Source: Candidatus Latescibacterota bacterium (GTDB taxonomy: Bacteria; Latescibacterota; UBA2968). From it: a stretch of DNA of 64,000 nucleotides. The notes under the pieces were generated by a model. It had not been told where the DNA came from and made no database searches. It saw nothing but the letters and a program-made list of their open reading frames with translations. The stretch lies in contig OZ240241.1 in the NCBI GenBank assembly GCA_965198115.1, positions 7,360,001-7,424,000 on the forward strand, written 5' to 3'. Positions 56,874 through 64,000 of this stretch are shown piece after piece. The position numbers and the translations under genes are program-made. Numbering within the stretch: position 1 is the stretch's first letter; every line of letters starts with the position of its first letter.

Positions 56874-59420
56874 TTACGACCTTCTGATTTCCATGAGCGT
56901 CATCTGGGGCTTGCCGAACGCGTCCAGCCCTTCGTAGGTCACCGCACACTCTGGATAGACCGCCTTCGCGGTTGCCTCGAGAAGACGTCCGTTGAACCAG
57001 TCGACGGCGGAACCATCATACTTCGCGGGACCTTTGAATCCCATGCGGTAGATGTGCTTTCCCTTGGACGTCAGCCGCTGGGGGACGTTGTGGTAATCTT
57101 CGATCTTGCGAACGATGATGTCTACGATCTCGAGCGCGCCCTGGGGATGTAGTAGGGCCAGCAGCTGGAGACCACTCTCGACCGCCCGGTTCGACAGATG
57201 GAGCCAGACATTGTGCGGATACTCGGCGAGGACCTCACCCAGAATTCGATCACCATCGACGTCTTCTGGCAGCGTACCCGGCCTCACGAAGTCGTAGCCG
57301 GCTGCTTCGATCCGGCTGTAGCGTTCTTCGAGTTTGAGACCGGTCTCCCGATCGTCCGGATTGCCGTAGAGGTCCTGCCAGAATCGGTAGAAGGTCAGAT
57401 CCCCGTGCGCCTTCCCGTGTGCGCGTCGGAAGACGTCGCGGTATTTGCCAAGGAGGGCGCCGACACCTGTAGCCGGGATGCCTACCAGGTCGGCTTTGAG
57501 TGTTTCAACCTCGAGGTCGTAGCTCCGAGCAAGCTTGGCCAGCGCGTTGGCAGGGAGATAGAGGCGCGTTTCGATCAGAAACCGATCCCCACCGATCTGT
57601 GCGAGCTTGTCGCCGGGCAGATTGTCGAAGACGTTTGTCAGGTGAACCCGAAGCACGCGGCCGGCAAAAGCCCGTAGTGCGTCGGTCGGTGCTTCGGCGT
57701 TGCCGTGGACGTATTTTAGCGCGATTCCGCGACGATTGCGGCCAAGTTCAGACCTGGCGTGGTCGAGGACGGCGCGACTGTTATCGCAAAGCACATAGGT
57801 GACCGTACCGAGATCGAGACCTTCGGCGTGAGCGAGGGTGGCGAGGGTGTCGATGAAGGCCCGCGCGTAGTCGACACTGGCCACGCCGATTTCGACGTAG
57901 CAAAGGGAACCCGAATCGGATGATCGAATCCGTTGGACCTGTTCGAAGAATCGCCCGGCGTTGTGGCGAATGAACTCGAGGTTCGCGTCTGGAGAACCCT
58001 TGATGGCGTCCCGATAGTCTCGACCGTGGGCGCCGACGAAGTCGATGACGTCGTTCCAGAACGCCGAGTTGAATTGCCAGACGATGCTCTGGGAGTAGGG
58101 GACAAAATCCCCGATGAGGACGCTGCCCTCGCTCTCGCTGCGACCATCGGCGTAGTGCGGCAGAGACTCTTCGAGCGACTTCCTCAAGGAAGCCGGTGAT
58201 GCCCATTGCCGCAGGTCGACGGCGAGCTCCCAGTTTAGGACGTCGCCGTCCACACCCGTGAACGGGCGACGCGCCAGGGGTCTTCGAAAATGTTGTTTGT
58301 AGGTGATACGATTCCAATACGTGCTGAAGGCGGTTTCGGGGGTCGCAGCTGATCGCGCGTCAGTGAAGGCATCGAGGTCTTGGAGAAAACTTCGAATGTA
58401 TTGATCGTCCTCGACTCCCGGTTCGTGAACAACGCTCACACCTTCACTCTTCAGATTTGCCTTCAACGCTTGTAGGTCGGAGCGCGCACGCTGGAACTGG
58501 TTCAAAGATGCTTGTGAGAGAAGACTCTCGAGCCCGCGGGAACCCACGATGGGCATGAGATGGATTCCGGCGACGTTTGGGAGTGTTTTGATTCTGTCGA
58601 TCAGGTCAATGACCCATTGCGTGCAGAGGGATTCACAATCCTCGGCGTCCAGTTTGCTCGCATTCCTGAAGTGGTCGATGACCTCGCGACCCTCAGAACC
58701 GCCCGTTCCCAAGCCTGTCAGGAAGAACCAGAGGCGGATGTTGTCCACCGACTTCGGCACGGGCACGCCGACCACGATGGGTGTCCCGATGAGATCCCGC
58801 CGGATGACTTCATTCCACCAGGACTCGAATCGATGCCACAGTAGAGGCGGTTGGGTGATGATCGCTTCAGCACCCGCGTCGATCTTTCGGGAGAGGCGGT
58901 CGACTCGCTTGCCAACGGTCTGTATAAGCGGGTTTTCGACCGCCCAGAGGGATATGTGAGAAGGGACTTCCCCCGATCGACGCAGTTCGGTGACGAGATC
59001 GAGCGTGCTGAAAGCGTCCATGGGAAGCACCAAACGCCCAAGGGGACCGAGCATTCTGCGAGAAAGGCCTCCTCCTGAGAGAGCGAGGACGGCCTTTGCT
59101 CCGCGTTCGATGGCCGCAATGACTCGATTGCGTACGGTGTCTCGGGATCGGAGCGCGGCCGATACGGTTGCGATGGGCTGGCGCGTTTCTGCGATCGAGT
59201 CGAGGGGGTCGGTCGAGGGAAGGCTGCCAGAGATCACGGCCCGAAGATCGCGAAGTCGTGCGGCGAGCGGCAGGTCGGGAAGGGTTACAGCGTCGATGAC
59301 ACCCTGACGCGTGAGGGTGTTGTAGCGCTTCATCTGAGCGGGGCTTGCCTGCTCCGCCGTGATGACGAAGCGGTTGCGCTTCAGGCGATCGGCAATGGAA
59401 AAGGGGTCTGGGTCGGCCAT
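56874..59420 (-). CDS. methylenetetrahydrofolate reductase (MetF)-like domain fused to a SAM-dependent methyltransferase-like domain
   Basis: N-terminal ~300 aa: FVITAE, IDAVTLPDLP, AVENP, RKIDAGAEAIITQP, VAGIHLMP. C-terminal: YVEIGVAS, YVLCDNS, HLTNVFDNLP. Start reassigned to ATG 59420. Confidence 0.7.
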   Translation of the reverse strand: MADPDPFSIADRLKRNRFVITAEQASPAQMKRYNTLTRQGVIDAVTLPDLPLAARLRDLRAVISGSLPSTDPLDSIAETRQPIATVSAALRSRDTVRNRVIAAIERGAKAVLALSGGGLSRRMLGPLGRLVLPMDAFSTLDLVTELRRSGEVPSHISLWAVENPLIQTVGKRVDRLSRKIDAGAEAIITQPPLLWHRFESWWNEVIRRDLIGTPIVVGVPVPKSVDNIRLWFFLTGLGTGGSEGREVIDHFRNASKLDAEDCESLCTQWVIDLIDRIKTLPNVAGIHLMPIVGSRGLESLLSQASLNQFQRARSDLQALKANLKSEGVSVVHEPGVEDDQYIRSFLQDLDAFTDARSAATPETAFSTYWNRITYKQHFRRPLARRPFTGVDGDVLNWELAVDLRQWASPASLRKSLEESLPHYADGRSESEGSVLIGDFVPYSQSIVWQFNSAFWNDVIDFVGAHGRDYRDAIKGSPDANLEFIRHNAGRFFEQVQRIRSSDSGSLCYVEIGVASVDYARAFIDTLATLAHAEGLDLGTVTYVLCDNSRAVLDHARSELGRNRRGIALKYVHGNAEAPTDALRAFAGRVLRVHLTNVFDNLPGDKLAQIGGDRFLIETRLYLPANALAKLARSYDLEVETLKADLVGIPATGVGALLGKYRDVFRRAHGKAHGDLTFYRFWQDLYGNPDDRETGLKLEERYSRIEAAGYDFVRPGTLPEDVDGDRILGEVLAEYPHNVWLHLSNRAVESGLQLLALLHPQGALEIVDIIVRKIEDYHNVPQRLTSKGKHIYRMGFKGPAKYDGSAVDWFNGRLLEATAKAVYPECAVTYEGLDAFGKPQMTLMEIRRS

Positions 59421-59432
59421 GGGGGAAAGATG

Positions 59433-59529
59433 ACCACGAAATACACGAAATACACGAACAACATTGACCACGGAACACACAGAATACACGGAAGGTGTAG
59501 TTCTGTCGAAGTCCGGAGCCTATTCGGGG
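59433..59529 (+). repeat. two 9-mer arrays followed by CTATTCG box
   Basis: accacgaaatacacgaaatacacgaa; accacggaacacacagaatacacggaa; ctattcgggg at 59520. Confidence 0.85.
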
Positions 59530-59636
59530 ATGAGATCGTGATGCGGACAGGAAGCGTGGAACCGCCCACTGCGGTCGCACTTTCGCAGGCGTCTGGGTGC
59601 AGCTCTGGTGGTCAGGAACTACAGCACGAGCGATCG

Positions 59637-60854
59637 CTACTCCCCATCGTTTGGTGGGGACATGGTGCGTTGACGTCGGAACCGGGGTTGGAAGTAGGTT
59701 TGCTCGAAGTAGGTGCCGGGTTCCCATTTGTGCATGTCGGGTTCGACCTGACGTTGGCCGGGGGAGTTGCCGGTGCTGGGGTATTTGGCGACAGCTTCTT
59801 CGATGATGTCGACGCCAAGTCCGGGTCTATCGGGAACAGGTACGAATCCGTCAACAGTGGGGACATGGTTGTCGATGACTTCGTAGCGTTTGGGATCGTC
59901 GAATTCGACGCGTTCGAGGGCCAAGGCGTTCGGGATTGTGGCCATGACGTGGAGGGCCGCGTATTCGCCGACGGGACCGAGCGTGCCCGAATGAGGGGCG
60001 ACCGTGATGTAGTGGGCCTCGGCCATGGCGGCGAGTTTCTTGAGCTGTGAGATTCCGCCGACGCGTCCGGCGTCGGGTTGGATAACGTCGACGAGTTCGT
60101 TTTCGATGTGCTCGCGGAGACCCCAGATGTGAGAGTGGCGCTCGCCGACAGCGATCGGAACGTCTGTTGCGTCTTGCAGTCTCGCCAGCGCTTTGAGATT
60201 TTCCGGCGCAACGGCGTCTTCGAAAAAGGTGATGTTGTAGGGCTCGAGAGCCCGGGCAAGGATGATGGCGTCTTTGACCTGCAGCCAAGGCGGTGGCGCA
60301 CACTCGACCATGATGTCCATGTCGTCGCCGACGGCCTTGCGAACGTCGTGAACCGCCTGAATAGAATCGACCCCCTGTCCGGTTTTGACAGCCGTGTAGC
60401 CCATATCTTTCAGCTCGAGCGCGCGCTCGACGACGCCTATGCCGTCATCGTGCCCGCTGATTCCCATCCTGTATCGAAAGGCGTGGCCGTAGACGCGTAT
60501 CCCGTCTCGCAGTTTCCCGCCGAGCAGATTCCACACGGGTGTGTTGAGGGCCTTGCCCTTGATATCCCACAACGCCATCTCGATGCCGTTGATGGCGCCC
60601 GAGCCGACGACGCCTGTCATGCCGTGGCCCATCATTCCGACGTAGAGCATCTGCCAGATCTTTTCGATCTGCATCGGGTCTTCACCGATAACCATGGGTG
60701 AGATGTCGTCGACGGCGGCTTTGATGACTTTGGGCCACCCGCTCGCTTCGCCTACGCCCGTGATTCCTTCATCGGTGTAGACCTTGACGAAAAGCCAGTT
60801 ACGTGGCGTATCGCCCACGCCCATCAGGAAGGTTTTTACGTCGGTGATTTTCAC
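59637..60854 (-). CDS. enolase-superfamily acid-sugar dehydratase-like (galactonate dehydratase-type)
   Basis: RNWLFVKVYTDEGITGVGE, IEMALWDIKGK, AVGER, IQPD, APHS, PGLG motifs. Confidence 0.88.
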   Translation of the reverse strand: MKITDVKTFLMGVGDTPRNWLFVKVYTDEGITGVGEASGWPKVIKAAVDDISPMVIGEDPMQIEKIWQMLYVGMMGHGMTGVVGSGAINGIEMALWDIKGKALNTPVWNLLGGKLRDGIRVYGHAFRYRMGISGHDDGIGVVERALELKDMGYTAVKTGQGVDSIQAVHDVRKAVGDDMDIMVECAPPPWLQVKDAIILARALEPYNITFFEDAVAPENLKALARLQDATDVPIAVGERHSHIWGLREHIENELVDVIQPDAGRVGGISQLKKLAAMAEAHYITVAPHSGTLGPVGEYAALHVMATIPNALALERVEFDDPKRYEVIDNHVPTVDGFVPVPDRPGLGVDIIEEAVAKYPSTGNSPGQRQVEPDMHKWEPGTYFEQTYFQPRFRRQRTMSPPNDGE

Positions 60855-60866
60855 GTGTCTCTCCTG

Positions 60867-61832
60867 TCAGTTGCCGATGGCTTCGGTGATGTGCCCGAAG
60901 GTATCCTTCAATCGAGCGTTGTGATGTGGATCGAGTGGACCCTTTTCCACACTCGTGATGTTGTGGGCCACTTTTTCAAGCGTGATGGTTCCACACATCA
61001 CGATAGAAACACCCGGGGTGTAGGCAGCGTAGCGGTAGGCTGCCTCGACGAGAGAGCCAATATCCGGATCTTCAAGCAGCCAGACGAACGGTGATTGTTC
61101 GTCCAAGTCACTCGGAAGCTCTCCCTGCTGTTTGAGTTCGGTGATGACCTCCGTCAGCCTGGCCGGATTTCGGAATACGTTTCGAACCGTGAAGATGTTC
61201 ATCGTCCCGATGTTTTTGTCGAGACACACCGGGAAGACCGATTTCTGGGCAGACTGATTGATCATGTTGTGGCCGACCATGAGGACGTCGAAACAGTCTT
61301 CGGGCAGAGCGCGTTGAAACCACTCGTGAGCACCGTCGTGGCGGGTGATTTCGTTCGCGCCGATGAACCGAATCTTGCCCTGATGCTTCAGTTCATGAAG
61401 CGTTGCGATCTGATCGTCGAAGACAGCATCGTAGCACGAGGCGTCGCCGACGGAGACGAGCATGAGATCGACCACGTCCAATTGCAGCCGCTCCAAGCTG
61501 GCTTCGACCGATTGGACGATTGCTGCCGGCGTTGCTGGGGTGACGGGGCTGCCGTTCTCGCTCACATCCGCCAGCGTGACCTTGGTGGATACGATCAACT
61601 CGCCTCTCGGTAGGTCTTCGAGCGCCCGGCCGAGGATCAGCTCGCTGTCCTCGTATCCGGGGGCGGTGTCGTAGAGGTTGATGCCGAGGTCGAAGACCCC
61701 GTGGAGCAGACGATGGATATCAGCTTCAGGTACCGGAGGGTCGTGGCGTTGCCCGAGGCAGTTGTGGCCGCCGGTTCCCATGCCGAGGATCGAGGCCTTC
61801 AGGCCGGTGCGACCTAGTGTGCGGTATTGCAT
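60867..61832 (-). CDS. aldo/keto reductase
   Basis: MQYRTLGRTGL, GINLYDTAPGY, STK, SLERLQLDVVDL, GKIRFIG motifs. Confidence 0.9.
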   Translation of the reverse strand: MQYRTLGRTGLKASILGMGTGGHNCLGQRHDPPVPEADIHRLLHGVFDLGINLYDTAPGYEDSELILGRALEDLPRGELIVSTKVTLADVSENGSPVTPATPAAIVQSVEASLERLQLDVVDLMLVSVGDASCYDAVFDDQIATLHELKHQGKIRFIGANEITRHDGAHEWFQRALPEDCFDVLMVGHNMINQSAQKSVFPVCLDKNIGTMNIFTVRNVFRNPARLTEVITELKQQGELPSDLDEQSPFVWLLEDPDIGSLVEAAYRYAAYTPGVSIVMCGTITLEKVAHNITSVEKGPLDPHHNARLKDTFGHITEAIGN

Positions 61833-61852
61833 AGAGGTCAGAAGTCAGGAAA

Positions 61853-63070
61853 CTACTCTAAGCCGATAGAGCCGTCGGGTTTGACGATGACGGGGCGGTC
61901 CCAGTCCTTCGGCGGATACGCGGCTGCCGCTTCCTCGTTAAAGTCGATGCCGAGGCCGGGATCCGTCGGGAGTTCCAGGTAGCCGTTCTCGATCACTGGT
62001 AGGGGGGAGAACAATTCCTGATTGAATGACGACATAACCTCGGTGTTAACCTCCTGGATGAGGAAATTGGGGACGGCGGCGTCGATTTGGGCACACGCGC
62101 ACAGGGCAACGGGACTGCACGCGTGATGCGGAGCGAGTTGAACATTGGCGAGCTCGGCGACGGCAGAACGCTTGACCGTTTCCAGAATACCGCCGCAGGC
62201 CGTCGGTTCGAGCTGGATGATGTCGACGGCACGTTTTTCGATGACCTCCTTGAACAGGTCGCGGTGCACGACGCGCTCGCCACCCGCGATCGGGATGCTG
62301 GTTTGAGCCTTGACCTCGACGAGCTGATCGGGGTTTTCCGTGAGGGCGGGTTCCTCCAGGAAGTAGGGCTGATAGGGCTCGATGCCCTTCGCGAGTCGGA
62401 TGGCATCGGCGGGACTGAAACTCTTGCCGTGGAAATCGAGGCAGATGTTGAAGTCGGGGCCGACCGCTTCCCGGACCAATCGCATGCGCTCCACCGATTC
62501 CTCGTACTCCCTGACTGGTGACTTCTCAACTTCCCGCCAGATGACGCTCGGAGGGTCTTTGACAACGTCGATGGCCTGCGGGCCGAATTTCATCCCCGTC
62601 CAACCCATCTGCACGAGCAGTTTCGCCTGTTCGTGCAGCGGTTTGCCTTGCATTTCCGGAAGCCGGGACCAGGCACCTCCGCTGGCGTAAACTCTGATGC
62701 GGTCGCGTACCGGGCCCCCCAGCATCCGGTAGACTGGGAGTCCGCAGGCCTTGCCTGAGATGTCCCAGAGCGCCTGTTCGATCGCGCTGAGGGCCGACAG
62801 CTCACCCGTCCCGAGGGGATAGCGCATCCCGCGATAAATCGCCTCCCAGTTATAGATGACTTTCGTCGGGTCCTGGCCGAGCAGCCACCGTCTGAATTTC
62901 TGAACGCATCCCTCGATGATGTCTTCGAGGCTGTGGAACGCTTCGCCGATCCCGTGGATGCCGTCGTCGGTTTCGATTTTGACGATGGCGTAGTTGTTTG
63001 CGTTCCCGGGACCCCAGTCGACCGTGTAGGGCTGGTTAATGAGGAAGAGTTTGACGTCGGTGATTTTCAT
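61853..63070 (-). CDS. enolase-superfamily acid-sugar dehydratase-like (galactonate dehydratase-type)
   Basis: IEQALWDISGK, KFGP, DFHG, EEP, GGER, APHH, PGLG motifs. Start reassigned to ATG 63070. Confidence 0.88.
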   Translation of the reverse strand: MKITDVKLFLINQPYTVDWGPGNANNYAIVKIETDDGIHGIGEAFHSLEDIIEGCVQKFRRWLLGQDPTKVIYNWEAIYRGMRYPLGTGELSALSAIEQALWDISGKACGLPVYRMLGGPVRDRIRVYASGGAWSRLPEMQGKPLHEQAKLLVQMGWTGMKFGPQAIDVVKDPPSVIWREVEKSPVREYEESVERMRLVREAVGPDFNICLDFHGKSFSPADAIRLAKGIEPYQPYFLEEPALTENPDQLVEVKAQTSIPIAGGERVVHRDLFKEVIEKRAVDIIQLEPTACGGILETVKRSAVAELANVQLAPHHACSPVALCACAQIDAAVPNFLIQEVNTEVMSSFNQELFSPLPVIENGYLELPTDPGLGIDFNEEAAAAYPPKDWDRPVIVKPDGSIGLE

Positions 63071-63096
63071 AATGGATCTCGCGATACCAAAGGCAG

Positions 63097-63149
63097 CCAC
63101 TGAGGACACGGAGGATACGCGGGTCTTGGCACCCCGACCCTATTCGGGA
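63097..63149 (+). repeat. 9-mer array followed by CTATTCG box
   Basis: ccactgaggacacggag ... ccctattcggg. Confidence 0.7.
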
Positions 63150-63205
63150 AAGAGTTTTGGGCACATATAAACTTCAGAGAGTCCATCGCCTGCTGAGGTG
63201 ACACC

Positions 63206-63231
63206 GTCACACTGAGCGCGAGTCGAAGTGT
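63206..63231. repeat. REP-like palindrome (empty form of 26093-26139)
   Basis: gtcacactgagcgcgagtcgaagtgt. Confidence 0.7.
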
Positions 63232-63252
63232 CGGTCGTTACCGAAGGTTTGC

Positions 63253-64000
63253 TCAATTGCCTGCCTCGAGCCAGTCGATTCCGAATCGCGCGAGCGCGAT
63301 GCGTTCGTAGCCGTCGATTTCGAAAAGGCATAGGATATGGCCGTCGTCGGTCACGGCAAGATCAGAATAGGCCGATGGTCCCGGGTAAAGCAGGCGGGAA
63401 ATCGGCCACGTCTTGCAGTCGTCCTCGCTCGAGCGAACGGTGAGTTGTGCACGTTCGGTCGGGGAACTCGGGTGGGCGATCAGGATTCGGCCGTCATCGA
63501 AGCGGGCGATACTGCCCTGACAAGACGGCTCTGGCAACGTGTCATCATACTCGACGTCGGACCAGCTGTGGCCGCTATCGTGGCTCCAGGCGAAGGCACG
63601 CCGGTAGCGATCCTGCCGACTGCGTAGGGTTCCGTAGACGGATCCGTCGGCAAGTTCGACCGCTTCACATTCGTCAGAGGCGTCGGTCGACATCTTCTGG
63701 CTGCGTTGCCAGGTTTCGCCGTGGTCGTCGCTGTAGAATAAAACGGATGACTGGATTCTCCCCCAAACCGCAGGTCGCCACGTAGCCGGACCGGGACTCT
63801 CGTCGCACCAGGAGGGGATCAGGAGGCGACCATTTCGAAGCTGGATTCCGTGTCCGGGACCCGTGCCAAGGTAGGTCCAGTCCGGATCTTTGACGCTGTT
63901 CGTGATTTCAACCGGCTCCGACCACGTCGCTCCGTCGTCTTCACTCCGTGTGACGTAGACCGTTTGGTTCTCCTTACAGAAGGGCATGACGATTGCACCA
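63253..64000 (-). CDS. sialidase/BNR-repeat protein (GH33-like), C-terminal part (runs off window end)
   Basis: Four Asp-boxes (SEDDGATW, SDDHGETW, SHDSGHSW, SEDDCKTW), GPGHGIQL, CQGSI, AYS. Frame is open to the window edge. Confidence 0.88.
   Translation of the reverse strand, partial: GAIVMPFCKENQTVYVTRSEDDGATWSEPVEITNSVKDPDWTYLGTGPGHGIQLRNGRLLIPSWCDESPGPATWRPAVWGRIQSSVLFYSDDHGETWQRSQKMSTDASDECEAVELADGSVYGTLRSRQDRYRRAFAWSHDSGHSWSDVEYDDTLPEPSCQGSIARFDDGRILIAHPSSPTERAQLTVRSSEDDCKTWPISRLLYPGPSAYSDLAVTDDGHILCLFEIDGYERIALARFGIDWLEAGN

Noticed and set aside
56846-56876. Stop-codon readthrough fusing the MetF-MTase gene to the in-frame PhyH gene
   Set aside because: The stop is TAA (not Sec/Pyl-type), and a strong SD precedes the PhyH N-terminus. 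In-frame neighbours occur by chance one time in three.
323-63149. Micro-repeat arrays as a CRISPR array
   Set aside because: Units are 7-10 bp, directly tandem and dispersed over kilobases. There is no 23-47-bp repeat with unique spacers and no cas genes.
10838-64000. Classical integron cassette array
   Set aside because: Genes are co-oriented, but I found no consistent RYYYAAC...GTTRRRY attC structure after each gene and no integrase. Many genes are translationally coupled.

Overview
A GC-rich bacterial window holding about 50 CDS, almost all catabolic enzymes. Nearly all lie on the minus strand; the exception is one 5-gene plus-strand operon at 4.8-10.7 kb. I recognised no housekeeping genes, transcriptional regulators, ABC transporters, rRNA/tRNA or CRISPR. 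Paralogs are heavily expanded: 3 CocE/NonD hydrolases, 4 enolase-superfamily enzymes, 4 PhyH-like dioxygenases, 3 Ldh_2 reductases, 3 Gfo/Idh/MocA, 3 MDR dehydrogenases, 3 GHL10-like TIM barrels, 2 acetamidases and 2 large DUF6785-like membrane proteins. There is also phnX, a sialidase and an unusual MetF-like/SAM-methyltransferase fusion. By inference, the gene content resembles Latescibacterota/Poribacteria-type organic-matter degraders. Three near-identical ISAzo13-family elements are present: one intergenic, one splitting a GNAT gene and one inserted in a probable stop codon. All three have non-matching TTA/TAA flanks. Four genes carry single-base frameshifts. The most unusual signal is non-coding. 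Many intergenic gaps hold micro-repeats of three kinds: 9-mer arrays followed at 23-28 nt by a conserved CTATTCG box, 7-mer arrays next to start codons, and a ~25-nt palindrome repeatedly nested inside other repeats. Empty and filled versions of the nested sites are both visible in the window. Family calls come from recalled motifs, not database searches.
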